From assembly GCA_963841735.1 (NCBI GenBank), contig CAWJDT010000001.1, forward strand, positions 1,376,001 to 1,440,000: DNA of 64,000 nt, read 5' to 3'. This DNA is from an uncultured Actinomycetes bacterium (lineage in GTDB: Bacteria; Actinomycetota; Thermoleophilia; RBG-16-64-13). The translations under genes and the position numbers were made by a program. Below, in pieces: positions 52,286-62,656 of the stretch. The stretch's first letter is position 1; each line of letters starts with the position of its first letter. Under the pieces are notes generated by a model. The model was given only the letters and a program-made list of their open reading frames with translations. It did no database searches and was not told where the DNA came from.

Positions 52286-53668
52286 GTGAGGATCGTCGTT
52301 CTGGGCAGCGGGCCCGGTGGGTATGTGGCGGCGCTCCGCGCCGCCCGCCACGGCGCGGCGGTCACCCTCATCGAGAAGGACTTGGTCGGTGGCACCTGCC
52401 TCAACCGGGGCTGCATCCCCACCAAGGCCCTTCTGGCCAGCGCCCAGGCTCTGTCCCGGGCGCGGGCCGGTGAGGAGTACGGCTTCGAACTGGTCGGCGA
52501 GGTGCGTCCCGACCTCGTCCGCATGATGGAGCGCAAGGATCGGGTGGTCACTCAGATCCGCGGCAACGTCGAGATCCTGCTCAAGAAGGCCAAGGTGGAG
52601 GTCATCCGGGGCACCGGCCGGCTTGCCGCCGGCATGCAGGTGCTGGTGGACACCGAATCCGGCCCGGTCACGGTGCAGGCGGACAAGATCATCATCGCCA
52701 CCGGCTCGGAACCCGTTCATCTTCCGATGTTCGACTTCAGCCACCCGAGCATATTGACCTCTACTTCAGCGTTAGAGTTACGGGAGATCCCCGCCTCCAT
52801 GCTGATCGTGGGCTGCGGGGTCATCGGCTGCGAGTTCGCCTCGTTTTTTGCCGAGCTGGGCACGCAGATCACCATGGTCGAGATGCTGCCGCAGATGCTG
52901 CCCCTCGAGGACAAGCGTCTGGCCAAGCAGTTCCAGGGCGTCTATCGCAAGCGCGGCATCCAGGTGCTGCTGAGCACCAAGGTGGAGAGCATCTCCGAGT
53001 ATGCGGCCGACCACGTGGTGGCCAAGTTGTCGGACGGGAGTGAGATCACGGCGGCAAAGGTGCTGGTTTCGGTCGGGCGCAAGCCAAACAGCGGCGGGAT
53101 AGGGCTCGAAGCGGCCGGCGTGCAGACCGACGCCCGCGGCTACGTGGTTGTGGACGAATACCTAGAGACCACAGCGTCCGGCATCTACGCCATCGGCGAC
53201 GTCAACGGCGGGCAAATGCTGGCCCACGTGGCCTCCTACGAGGCTTTCGTGGCCGTCGACAACTGTCTGGGAGAACGTCGCCAGCGGGATCTGCGCTCCA
53301 CTCCCTCGTGCACCTACTCCGACCCGGAAGTGGCCAGCGTCGGTTTGAACGAGGAACGGGCCCTGGAGGCCGGCTATCAGCCCGTCACCGGCACCTACCG
53401 GTTCGCGGCTCTGGGCAAGGCCATCGCCATGGGGGAAGATGCAGGGTACGTCCAGATTGTGGCCGACAAGGAGAGCGGTCTGGTGCTGGGCGCCAGCATG
53501 ATGGGGCCGCATGTGACAGACGTGATCCACGAGGTCGCCCTCGCGGTGCACAGCAGACTCAGCGTCGATCAGTTGGGAACATGCATCCATGCGCATCCCA
53601 CCATCGCCGAAGCTGTCATGGAAGCAGCGCACGATGTGCATGGCGATTCCGTTCACATAGTCAAATAG
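52286..53668 (+). CDS. lpdA: Dihydrolipoyl dehydrogenase
   Basis: GSGPGGY, GGTCLNRGCIPTK, G.G.IG.E, LAH.A, HAHPT.AE. Confidence 0.95.
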   Translation: MRIVVLGSGPGGYVAALRAARHGAAVTLIEKDLVGGTCLNRGCIPTKALLASAQALSRARAGEEYGFELVGEVRPDLVRMMERKDRVVTQIRGNVEILLKKAKVEVIRGTGRLAAGMQVLVDTESGPVTVQADKIIIATGSEPVHLPMFDFSHPSILTSTSALELREIPASMLIVGCGVIGCEFASFFAELGTQITMVEMLPQMLPLEDKRLAKQFQGVYRKRGIQVLLSTKVESISEYAADHVVAKLSDGSEITAAKVLVSVGRKPNSGGIGLEAAGVQTDARGYVVVDEYLETTASGIYAIGDVNGGQMLAHVASYEAFVAVDNCLGERRQRDLRSTPSCTYSDPEVASVGLNEERALEAGYQPVTGTYRFAALGKAIAMGEDAGYVQIVADKESGLVLGASMMGPHVTDVIHEVALAVHSRLSVDQLGTCIHAHPTIAEAVMEAAHDVHGDSVHIVK

Positions 53669-53701
53669 ACCTAGAAAACTTTTAGGAAAGGAAGATCGAG
53701 G

Positions 53702-54331
53702 ATGCACAAACTCGTGGAAGCCATGGCCAACATGAAGGAAGAAGAAGCCCTCCAGATAGTGGACGAGCTTCTGGCCGCCGGCGAAGACCCCCAGAAGATC
53801 CTGGACCTCTCCTCAGAGGCCATGCAGGTGGTGGGAGAGCGCTACCAGGAAGGCTCCTACTTCCTGCCCGAGCTCATCATGAGCGGCGAGATGCTGCGCA
53901 AGATCGGGGATATCCTCAAGCCCAAGCTGGTCGCGCAAAAAGGCGAGAGCAAGAAGCTGGGCACCGTGGTTCTCGGTACGGTAAGAGGCGACATCCACGA
54001 CATCGGCAAAGACATCGTGGGCTTCATGCTGGAAGTCAACGGCTTCGAGGTCCACGACCTGGGCATCGACCAGCCCGAAGAGGCCTTCGTGAAAGCCGTG
54101 GCAGACTACAAGCCCCAGGTGCTGGCCCTCTCCGGATTCCTCTCGGTGGCCTTTGACTCCATGAAGTCCACCATCGAGCAGGTAGAAGCAGCCGGGCTGC
54201 GCCAAGGCCTCAAGGTCATCATCGGCGGCGGGCAGATGGACGACACCGTGCGCAAGTACACCGGGGCCGACGCCTACGGTGAAGATGCCATGGCCGCCGT
54301 CACCTACGCCAAAGAAGCGGTGGGGGTGTAG
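53702..54331 (+). CDS. Corrinoid protein of a methyltransferase system
   Basis: M..VG.RY..G.YFLPELI.SGE, GTV.GDIHDIGK, DLG.D, LSGFL, IIGGG. Confidence 0.92.
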   Translation: MHKLVEAMANMKEEEALQIVDELLAAGEDPQKILDLSSEAMQVVGERYQEGSYFLPELIMSGEMLRKIGDILKPKLVAQKGESKKLGTVVLGTVRGDIHDIGKDIVGFMLEVNGFEVHDLGIDQPEEAFVKAVADYKPQVLALSGFLSVAFDSMKSTIEQVEAAGLRQGLKVIIGGGQMDDTVRKYTGADAYGEDAMAAVTYAKEAVGV

Positions 54332-54337
54332 CTAGAG

Positions 54338-55673
54338 ATGGAAGCGAAGCCCTGGGCGGATATGACTTCCGAAGAGAGGCTGGCTTGGCGCATCGATAAA
54401 TGGCGGAACCCCGGGGTGGCCTTCGCCAATGACGAGGCCGAGGCCGAGTACAAGGGTCGGGTGGACCGCATCCTGGCCGCCATCGAGTTGCGCAAGACCC
54501 GACCGGGTGCCGGTGCGTCTCAACATGGGCTTCTGGCCGGCTAAGAGCGCCGGCCTGACCCCATACGAGGCCATGAGCGACGCGAAGCGGGGCGCGCAGG
54601 CCTGGAAGGAATTCAACATCAAGTTCCAGCCCGACGCGTCGGTGGACCCTCTGCACCAAACTGTCCCGGCGGCCATGTTCGAAGCGCTCGACTACAGGCT
54701 GTACTCGTGGCCGGGGCATGGAGTGGCCAAGGAGGCCGGCTACCAATACGCCGAGAGGCAGTGGATGCTCGCCGAGGAGTATGACCATCTCATCTCGGAC
54801 CCCTCGGACTACATGCTCCGCACCTACCTGCCCCGCACGGTGGGCGCGTTCGCCGGCTTCGGCACGCTCTCTTCGCTGTTCGACCTCATCGAGTTGCCCT
54901 TCGTATCCGGCCAGGTGGAGGGTTGGGGCAGCGACGAGATGGTGGAGGGTTTGAAGAGACTGGCCAAGGCGGCGGAGGTCCGCAACCAATGGGCAAAAGT
55001 GGTCTTCCCGGCAATGGACGAGGTGAAGGCCCTCGGCTTCCCGCCCTTTCTCGGCTCGGCCACCAAGGCTCCTTTTGACATCCTGGGTGACACCTTGCGG
55101 GGCACCAAGGGGGTCATCATGGACATGTTCCGCTGCCCGGACAAGGTCCTGGCTGCGTGCGAGCGCCTGGTGCAGGTGGCGATTGACTGGCCGCTCAAGC
55201 GCCCTGGGACTCCGCTCGCGCCGTTGTGCTTCATCCCTCTGCATAAGGGGGCCGACGGCTTCATGAGCGACGAGCAGTTCCATACCTTCTACTGGCCCAC
55301 TCTGCGCAAGACGCTTCTCGGTCTGATCGAGCAGGGCATCATCCCGTTCCTGTTCGCTGAGGGACGCTACAACACGCGGCTTGAGGCGATCATGGACCTG
55401 CCCAAGGGCAAGACCGTATGGCTCTTCGACCAGTCGGACATGGAGCGGGCCAAGGCGACCATCGGGCAGGTGGCGTGCATCCAGGGCAACATGCCCCTCT
55501 CCTTGCTTCACATGGGCACGGCTGAGGAGGTCGCCGAGCACACCCGCAAGCTCATCGATGTGGCGGGCCGTGACGGCGGGTTCATACTCGACATCGGCGC
55601 GGTGGCCGACGAGGGCAAGGACGAGAACCTCGCGGCGATGATCAAGACCGCGAAGGAGTATGGAGTCTACTGC
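54338..55673 (+). CDS. UroD/MtaA-family substrate:corrinoid methyltransferase (frameshift near 54497; stop probably lost by a 1-nt insertion at TACTGCATG)
   Basis: PDRVP, APFD.LGD.LRG, PLHKG.DGFMS..QF..FYWP, F.EG.Y, GN.P, GGFI, EYGVY end. Confidence 0.75.
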
Positions 55674-56438
55674 ATGCAGGTGATCCTGGCCTGCGAGATG
55701 ATCGAGGACGAGGTCCGTTTGGCCCTTGAGGCCCTGGAGCCCCAGAAGCGGCCGCCGGTGGTGTGGGTCGAGAGCGGCCTGCACGAACGGCCCGAGAGGC
55801 TGAAGGCCGCCTTGAAGGGTCTTCTTGAGATTCTCGGCGAAGGGGCCCGGACGGGCCGCCCCGTGAGCGTGCCCTCGGTGCGGCCTGGCCGAGGCCCGGC
55901 CGCCGAGAGGCGGCAGGACGTGCTGGTGGAGCCGGTGGAAGAGGTCCTCATGGCGCTCGGCTTCTGCGGCAACGCTCTCAACGGCCTGTCGTCCGAATGC
56001 CTGCGCCTGGTCTTTCCCCGAGTGGACGACTGCATCTCCTTGCTTCTCAACCGCGGATGCGTCCGCGAGGAGGTGCCCCGCAATCCACGCCACTACTACC
56101 TCACCAAAGGGTGGTTCAGCCACGAGAGCTCGCTCAAGGAGGCCTTCGGCAAGTGGGATGAGCGCTACGGCCCCGAGAGGGCGGCCAAGCTTAGGGATAC
56201 CATGTGGGCTGGCTACGAGCAGGTCAATCTAATCGACACTCAGGCTTATGATGTGGACGAGTGTCTGGACGAAAGCCGCGACGTCGCCGAGCAGCTCCGG
56301 CTGAAGCACGGAGTGGTGACAGGATCGGTCCAGTTGCTGGAACGCCTGTTTCGCGGAGAGAGGGACAGCGAGATCGTCGTGATCCCACCTGGGGAGATCA
56401 TCAACTACAACCATCTGTTTACCGCCGAGAAGACCTGA
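55674..56438 (+). CDS. DUF1638 domain protein
   Basis: ILAC.MI.DE, SGLH..P..L, GFCGN.L.G, PRVDDCI.LLL, YYLT.GW, IDT, GS..LL..L. Confidence 0.8.
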   Translation: MQVILACEMIEDEVRLALEALEPQKRPPVVWVESGLHERPERLKAALKGLLEILGEGARTGRPVSVPSVRPGRGPAAERRQDVLVEPVEEVLMALGFCGNALNGLSSECLRLVFPRVDDCISLLLNRGCVREEVPRNPRHYYLTKGWFSHESSLKEAFGKWDERYGPERAAKLRDTMWAGYEQVNLIDTQAYDVDECLDESRDVAEQLRLKHGVVTGSVQLLERLFRGERDSEIVVIPPGEIINYNHLFTAEKT

Positions 56439-56495
56439 AGCGGAGACTCCCGGTTGCGTGGACGCAAGAGAAACGAAAGGGAAGGAAAGTAATAC

Positions 56496-57351
56496 GTGGA
56501 GACTCGAGTCAGCAGCGCGACCCGCGAGATCATAATCGGCGGCGGCCGACCAACCGTACTGATAGGTGAGCGCATCAACCCCACCGGAAAGAAGCGTCTG
56601 GCCGAGGCCCTACGGGCCGGTGACCTGAGCGTCGTCCGCGAAGAGGCTATCGCTCAGGTGAAAGCCGGCGCCGATATCCTGGACATCAACGTGGGAGCCA
56701 CCGGTGTGGACGAATTGGACATGCTGCCCCGGGCGGTGCAGGCCGTGTGCGAGGTGGTCGACGTGCCGCTCTGCATCGACAGCCGCAAGTCCCAGGCCTC
56801 TGGCCGCGGCGCTCGCCATCTGCCCGGGCCGTCCCATCGTGAACTCCGTCACCGGCGAAGAGTCCTCTTTGCTGGAGGTTCTGCCGCTGGTCAAGCAGTA
56901 CGGCCTGCCGGTGATCGGCCTCACATTAGATGAGAACGGCATTCCCGCGACCGCGGAGGCCCGGGTGGAGATCGCTCACCGCATCGTCAAGCGGGCCGAA
57001 GCTCTTGGCATCCCTCGCGAAGACGTCATCATCGACTGTCTCACTCTTTCGCTTGGGGCCAATGTGAAGGCGGGTCTGGGTACATTGGAGGCGACCCGGC
57101 GGGTACGGGATGAGCTGGGTGTCAACCAGACCCAGGGAGCAAGCAACATCTCCCACGGTTTGCCCAACCGTCCTCCGCTCACCGGCGCATATCTGGCCAT
57201 GGCCATCGAGGCCGGGCTCACCTGCCCCACGGTAGACGTGGCTCTAGTGCGCCTGGCGGTTCTCTCGGCCGACCTGGTTCTCGGCCGGGACGAGTACGCC
57301 AAGCGTTTCATCGCCGCATTCCGCGAGCAGCAGGCAGCAGCGGCGCAGTAG
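56496..57351 (+). CDS. Methyl-THF:corrinoid methyltransferase (AcsE/MetH pterin-binding domain; frameshift near 56785)
   Basis: IGERINPTGKK, Q..AGA.ILD.NVG, PL.IDS, IVNSV.GE, DE.GIP, G.SNIS.GLP.R. Confidence 0.85.
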
Positions 57352-57478
57352 GCCCCACCGGGGAGGGCATGGTCGACCTTTTGAGAAAAAGCGAACACCG
57401 CATGTTAGCAATTGCCTGTGCGTTTGCTCCTCCGGAACGGTACCATTGGTCTGTTGGTGAAGTACAGCTAAGGAGGAA

Positions 57479-57955
57479 GTGGTGAGAGGAAAGAAAGCGC
57501 TGCTGGGCTTATTGGTGCTTGTCCTGGCGCTGACCGTTGTGTCGGTGGTGGCCTGTGGTGGTGGCGATAATGGCACGACTGCCAGCACGGTCGATCCCAA
57601 AGTGGCCATGCAGCAGGCCCTCGACCCTGTTGAAGCCTACATGTCCGACCTCATGGGGAGTGTGACTTCTGGGCAGGCGAAGGGAGCCGATCTCAAGGCG
57701 GCTGTGCAGACCGCCCAACCGCAGTGGCAGGCGATCGTGGACGCCTGCGCGGGCGTTGGCGCGGACGCAGCCAAGGCGCAGCAGGTTTGGGATGCTTTGA
57801 CGGCGGCGATCAATGGTCTGGCTGACGATGCCGGCATGGCGCAGATGGTCACTGTGGCCGGTCCTGGAATCGCGGTGCAGACCTTTGTAACCGAGCTTCG
57901 CAAGCAGGTCGGTGCGTCCGCGGGTGGCGCGGCCACTACGGTTCCGGCCAGCTAG
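57479..57955 (+). CDS. Hypothetical lipoprotein
   Basis: AAGGAGG RBS, signal peptide with VVAC lipobox, helical Ala-rich domain. Confidence 0.65.
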   Translation: MVRGKKALLGLLVLVLALTVVSVVACGGGDNGTTASTVDPKVAMQQALDPVEAYMSDLMGSVTSGQAKGADLKAAVQTAQPQWQAIVDACAGVGADAAKAQQVWDALTAAINGLADDAGMAQMVTVAGPGIAVQTFVTELRKQVGASAGGAATTVPAS

Positions 57956-57978
57956 TTCGATCGGATAGTTGCGTGGCG

Positions 57979-58020
57979 GAGGCGGCCCGGAGTACACGCC
58001 GGGCCGCCTCTTTCTTTGTT
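57979..58020 (+). terminator. Intrinsic terminator
   Basis: 12-bp stem GAGGCGGCCCGG / CCGGGCCGCCTC followed by TTTCTTTGTT. Confidence 0.85.
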
Positions 58021-58212
58021 GACTCGCGGCCTTCATGCGACCTGACGGGAGCGGTTGAGTAAGGTACTCTACTGAGGGTCGAGCGTCTCGGGATGACCCT
58101 ACGCTGAGCGTTCTATCGTCCGGCTTGAAAGAGTGCGGTTCAGATGGAGGAGGAGGCCGACGACGGCTAGCGTCTGTCGGCTCGCGCGCGATGAGAAGAG
58201 GGAGTTGACAAC

Positions 58213-59262
58213 TTGAACGGCGATACCACGCTGCTGGTGGCAGTAGTGGCTATCGCGCTCCTATTTGGTCTTCTCAACGGTTTCCACGACGGCTGCAACG
58301 CCGTCTCCACGGTCATCTATACCAAGGCGCTCAAGCCGCGCACGGCCATCGCCCTCTCCGCCCTCTTCAACTTCGTGGCCCCGCTTGTCGTGGGAGTGGG
58401 CGTCGCCAAAACCATCGCCGAGGTTGTCAAGGCTGGTGCGGGCGTAGCCTCCGCGCAGCTCGCCCGACTGGTTATCGCCGCGCTGCTTGGGGCCTGTGTT
58501 TGGGAGGTGCTTACCTGGATATGGGCGCTGCCGGTCAGTTCCTCCCACGCTTTGGTGGGCGGCCTACTCGGCTCGGGAGTGGCGGCACTTGGCCCTGGGG
58601 GCATCGAGTGGAAGACGGTTGGCTTGGTCTTTGCGGCCCTCTTTATCTCCCCGTTCCTTGGCGTCATCACCGGGTATCTGGTTATGCGCGTCAGCCGCTG
58701 GTTCTTCGCCAAGAGCCACATGAACATGATACGGGCCGACCGATTCTACAAGCACATGCAGATCCTCTCCTCGAGTTGGGTGTCGTTCAGTCACGGTTCC
58801 AACGATGCCACCAAGGTGATGGGCATCATCGTTATCTTCCTGGCGGCGCAGCAGGGGCTGAGTGTGACGGAGTATCAGCAGCAGCATGACTTCGTACTAG
58901 GGCTCCCTCTCTGGGTGATCCTCAGTGCGGCGGGCGCCATGGCCATTGGAACCTATCTTTCGGTGCGCTCCTTCCGGCTCATCCGGACGGTGGGGGAGAA
59001 GATATGCGAGCTTCACCCCATCAACGGGTTCAGCGCCGAGGCTGGGGGGGCGGCCATCATTCAGATCGCCACCCTTTTCGGGCTGCCGGTCTCGACCACG
59101 CACATCGTCACTTCGGCGGTAACGGGCACCGGCCTTGCCAGCCAGCTGGGGGGCGTGAGTTGGAAGGTGTTCCGGGCGATAGCGCTCGCCTGGGTGGTCA
59201 CTCTGCCTTTTTGCGCGGCCGTGGCCGCAGTGCTGTACTATTTGCTCGATTTTCTGATGTAA
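58213..59262 (+). CDS. PiT-family inorganic phosphate transporter
   Basis: NGFHD..NA..T, P.SSSHAL.GG, SHGSND..K.MG, GLPVSTTH. Confidence 0.92.
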   Translation: MNGDTTLLVAVVAIALLFGLLNGFHDGCNAVSTVIYTKALKPRTAIALSALFNFVAPLVVGVGVAKTIAEVVKAGAGVASAQLARLVIAALLGACVWEVLTWIWALPVSSSHALVGGLLGSGVAALGPGGIEWKTVGLVFAALFISPFLGVITGYLVMRVSRWFFAKSHMNMIRADRFYKHMQILSSSWVSFSHGSNDATKVMGIIVIFLAAQQGLSVTEYQQQHDFVLGLPLWVILSAAGAMAIGTYLSVRSFRLIRTVGEKICELHPINGFSAEAGGAAIIQIATLFGLPVSTTHIVTSAVTGTGLASQLGGVSWKVFRAIALAWVVTLPFCAAVAAVLYYLLDFLM

Positions 59263-59268
59263 GGAGCG

Positions 59269-59916
59269 ATGATGGCAAAAGAACGTGAGGGACAGGTACT
59301 GGAGCGGCTGGCCAGGTTCGCCGACCAGGTAGTCTTTATCGTTGAGAAGATGCGCGATGTGGTGGAGCGATTCGCCAGCGATCGCTACGAGGAATTGGCG
59401 GAATCGGCGCTGGAGTTGGACAGGCTCGAGAGCGAGGCCGACGACGTCAAGGTGGCCATACTTGACCAGTTGGCGGTGGGGACCATGTTCCCCATGGGTC
59501 GAGCGGACCTCGCCCGTCTGGTGGCTTCCATGGACAGCATCGCCAACCTGGCCGCGGGGGCTGCCGACCGTATCTGCATGCGCAGGTTCTCTCTCCCGGC
59601 CGCGATGAACGAGCTGATGGTCAAGCTCGCCCAGGCGGACCTGGAGGCGGTGAAGGTGCTCCGCGACGCCGTGGTGGCGGTGGGGACCGACCTGCGGTTG
59701 GCCATGGACTTGGCGAAGCGTGTGGACAAGATCGAGAGCAAGGCGGACGGTATCTTCGCCGAGCTCTACCGACGCATGTTCGAGATCGATACCGACTACA
59801 AGACTTTCCACCAGCTTAAGGCCATCATCGAACGCCTGGAAAACGTAGCCGACCGCTGTTGCGAGAACGCGGAACTGCTGCGGCACATGGCCCTTGAGTA
59901 CCTGGAGAACGAGTGA
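59269..59916 (+). CDS. DUF47 / PhoU-like phosphate transport regulator
   Basis: LE.EAD....I...L......PM.R.DL..L....D.I, IE..AD, LE..AD.C. Confidence 0.85.
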   Translation: MMAKEREGQVLERLARFADQVVFIVEKMRDVVERFASDRYEELAESALELDRLESEADDVKVAILDQLAVGTMFPMGRADLARLVASMDSIANLAAGAADRICMRRFSLPAAMNELMVKLAQADLEAVKVLRDAVVAVGTDLRLAMDLAKRVDKIESKADGIFAELYRRMFEIDTDYKTFHQLKAIIERLENVADRCCENAELLRHMALEYLENE

Positions 59917-59980
59917 GAGGTCGACCTATGGCCGGCGGGTCTGCACCGGTTCCGGCGCGTGACGGTGAGGGAAGCTTGAC

Positions 59981-60988
59981 GTGAGCGGCCAGCTTATAGC
60001 GGTGGTGGCGGTCGCCCTGTTCTTTGACCTGCTGAACGGTTTCCATGACGGCTGCAACGCCGTGTCCACAGTGATCTACACTGGGGCGCTCAAGCCCAAG
60101 GTCGCTATCGCCATTTCGGCCGTCTTCAACTTCATAGGGCCGCTCGTGATGGGGGTGGCCGTGGCCAAGACCATCGGCGGGATCATCCACGCCGAAAACG
60201 CTACGGCCCATCTGGTGATCGCCGCTCTGCTGGGCGCGTGCGTCTGGGAGATCCTCACCTGGGTGTGGGCCCTGCCGATGAGTTCTTCGCACGCGTTGGT
60301 GGGCGGCCTGCTTGGCGCTGGGGTGGCGGCTCTGGGAGTCGGGGAGATCAACTGGAACAAGGTCATCCTCGTCTTTGCGGCACTTCTCGTCTCGCCGATT
60401 CTGGGGATCATCACGGGCTACCTGCTGATGCGGCTCAGCAGGGCGTTCTTCGGACGGACGAAATGGAGCATGGCCAAAGCCGACCGCTTCTATAAGCACA
60501 TGCAGATCGTCTCGTCGAGCTGGGTCTCGTTCAGCCACGGGTCCAACGACGCCACCAAGGTAATGGGCATCATCATCATCTTCTTGGCTGCGGAGAAGGG
60601 GAACGGGATGACCGTCGACGACTACGGCGTCCCGCTCTGGGTGGTCCTAAGCTGCGCGGCGGCCATGGCCCTCGGCACCTACCTCTCCGTGCGCTCCTTC
60701 CGCCTGATCCGGACTCTTGGCGAGAAGATCACCAAACTGCACCCCATCAACGGCTTCAGCGCTGAGGCCGGCGGGGCGATCATCATCCAGGTGGCGTCGT
60801 TCCTGGGTTTGCCGGTGTCGACCACGCACGTGGTCACCTCAGCGGTGACAGGCACCGGTCTGGCAAGCCAATTGGGAGCGGTAAGCTGGAAAGTCTTCCG
60901 TGCTATCATGCTGGCCTGGGTGGTCACCCTGCCTTTCTGCGCCATAGTGGCCGCCGGTTTCTACTACCTCCTCAACCTCTGGATGTAG
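59981..60988 (+). CDS. PiT-family inorganic phosphate transporter (second copy)
   Basis: Same PiT motifs; closely similar to 58213-59262. Confidence 0.92.
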   Translation: MSGQLIAVVAVALFFDLLNGFHDGCNAVSTVIYTGALKPKVAIAISAVFNFIGPLVMGVAVAKTIGGIIHAENATAHLVIAALLGACVWEILTWVWALPMSSSHALVGGLLGAGVAALGVGEINWNKVILVFAALLVSPILGIITGYLLMRLSRAFFGRTKWSMAKADRFYKHMQIVSSSWVSFSHGSNDATKVMGIIIIFLAAEKGNGMTVDDYGVPLWVVLSCAAAMALGTYLSVRSFRLIRTLGEKITKLHPINGFSAEAGGAIIIQVASFLGLPVSTTHVVTSAVTGTGLASQLGAVSWKVFRAIMLAWVVTLPFCAIVAAGFYYLLNLWM

Positions 60989-60997
60989 GGGGCGCGC

Positions 60998-61719
60998 ATG
61001 GCGAAATCCCGACTAGATAAGATCAGACGCACCCTTGGGGGTGAGACCACCCTTGAGGGAGTCATCGACGCCATGGGCCGGGAGCGGGAAGAGCAGGTGC
61101 TCGATCAGCTGGGTCGGTTCACCGACCAGGTCGTGGTGATGGCAGAGAAGCTTCAGGACGTCGTCCAGGGGTTTGCCGCCGACCGCTACGATGATCTGGC
61201 CGCAGCGGCTAAAGAACTCGATCAGCTGGAGAGCGTGGCCGACGATGCGAAAGAGGCGATTCTCGACCAGATATCTTTGGGCGGAGTATTTCCCAATGCA
61301 CCGGGCCGATCTTGCCCGCCTGGTCGGCTCCATGGACAAGATCGCCAACCTGGCGACCGGCGTTGCCGACCGCATTTCCATGCGCAAGATTACACTCCCC
61401 CAGGAGATGAACGAGCAACTGGTCGCCATGGCCAAGGTTGACCTGGAGGCGGTGCAGGTGTTGCGTGATGCGACCGTCGCCATGGGTACCGATCTTCGCC
61501 AAGCCATACAGTTGGCCGGCGCGGTGGACAAGATCGAGAGCCGGGCCGACGATATCTTCGCCGAGATGTACAGGTACATGTTCGACATGGACATCGACTT
61601 CAAGACCTTCCATCAGCTCAAGTCGATCATCGATCGGCTTGGAGAATATCGCCGACCGCTGCAGCCAGAACGCTGAGCTGCTCCGGCACATGGCCCTGGA
61701 GTACCTGGAGAACGACTGA
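60998..61719 (+). CDS. DUF47 / PhoU-like protein (second copy; frameshifts near 61296 and 61640)
   Basis: Three frames together reconstruct a paralog of 59269-59916 ending ELLRHMALEYLEND. Confidence 0.8.
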
Positions 61720-61811
61720 CGACCTGAGTTCGTCGTGGCGTCGGCCGCGGCAGACGGCCCCTGTCGTTCCGGAGGCTCCTGGTTCCCGACGCGCCTTGGA
61801 GGTCACCCCTG

Positions 61812-62615
61812 ATGAAGATCGGTTTGGCGCAACTCAACTCCCGGCAGAACAAGGAGGCCAACCTGGAGGCAGCCGAGGAGGCCATCGATCGCTTGGCGAG
61901 GCAGGGGGCCGACCTTGTGCTCCTACCGGAGATGTCCAACTTCCACGGGCTTGAGGCCGGCTACGCGGAAGCGTCCGAGACCATCCCGGGCCCCACTTCC
62001 CAGTGGGCCCAGCAGAGGGCCAAAGAGCATGGCATCTTCCTGCATTGCGGCAGCTTCGCCGAGCGGCGGGGCGATCTCGTCTACAACACGAGCGTGGTCT
62101 TCGACCGTAGCGGGGCCGAGATCGCCCGCTACAGCAAGATGCACCTTTTCGACGCGAAGATGCCCGATGGCCTCGAATACGCGGAATCCGCGGCGTTCGC
62201 CGCCGGCGACGAGATCGTGACCTGTGACTGCGAGGGGGTGACCCTCGGGTTGGCCATCTGCTACGACTTGCGCTTCCCCCAACTCTTCCACGCCCTGGCC
62301 GACCGGGGTGCTCACTTGTTCCTGCTGCCGGCGGCCTTCACGGTGCCCACCGGCATCAGTCACTGGGAGCCGTGTCTCCGCGCGCGCGCCATCGAGAACG
62401 GCTGTTACATGGCGGCCTGCGGGCAGTGGGGCCGGTATGCCCGGGGCCGAGAGAACTACGGGCACAGCATGGTAGTGGATCCCTGGGGCGTCGTCTTGGC
62501 GCAGTGCCGCGAGGGCGTGGATACTCTGGTCGCCGACATAGACATGGATCACCTGCGGCGCGTCCGCGAGCGCCTGCCCGTGCAGAAGCACCGGCGCCGC
62601 GACCTGTTCGGGTAG
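61812..62615 (+). CDS. Carbon-nitrogen hydrolase (Nit1-like)
   Basis: LPE, YSKMHLFD, ICYDLRFP, PAAF...G..HW....RARAIEN, GHSMVVDPWG. Confidence 0.92.
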   Translation: MKIGLAQLNSRQNKEANLEAAEEAIDRLARQGADLVLLPEMSNFHGLEAGYAEASETIPGPTSQWAQQRAKEHGIFLHCGSFAERRGDLVYNTSVVFDRSGAEIARYSKMHLFDAKMPDGLEYAESAAFAAGDEIVTCDCEGVTLGLAICYDLRFPQLFHALADRGAHLFLLPAAFTVPTGISHWEPCLRARAIENGCYMAACGQWGRYARGRENYGHSMVVDPWGVVLAQCREGVDTLVADIDMDHLRRVRERLPVQKHRRRDLFG

Positions 62616-62656
62616 TCTCGGCAGACTCAGCCGCCCGGCTCACACCCGGGGCGGCC

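Noticed and set aside
47330-52289. Long ORFs suggesting Fhs-FchA (47330-49267) and MetV-MetF (50163-52289) fusions
   Set aside because: The joining segments are off-frame translations caused by frameshifts; each gene has its own start and stop in another frame
54429-56438. Apparent UroD-like methyltransferase-DUF1638 fusion
   Set aside because: The junction TACTGCATG becomes the common TGATG stop/start overlap if one base is removed, in a region full of 1-nt insertions; most likely an artefact
39970-61650. Programmed ribosomal frameshifting or phase variation
   Set aside because: Shift sites share no slippery heptamer or repeat tract and hit many unrelated housekeeping genes
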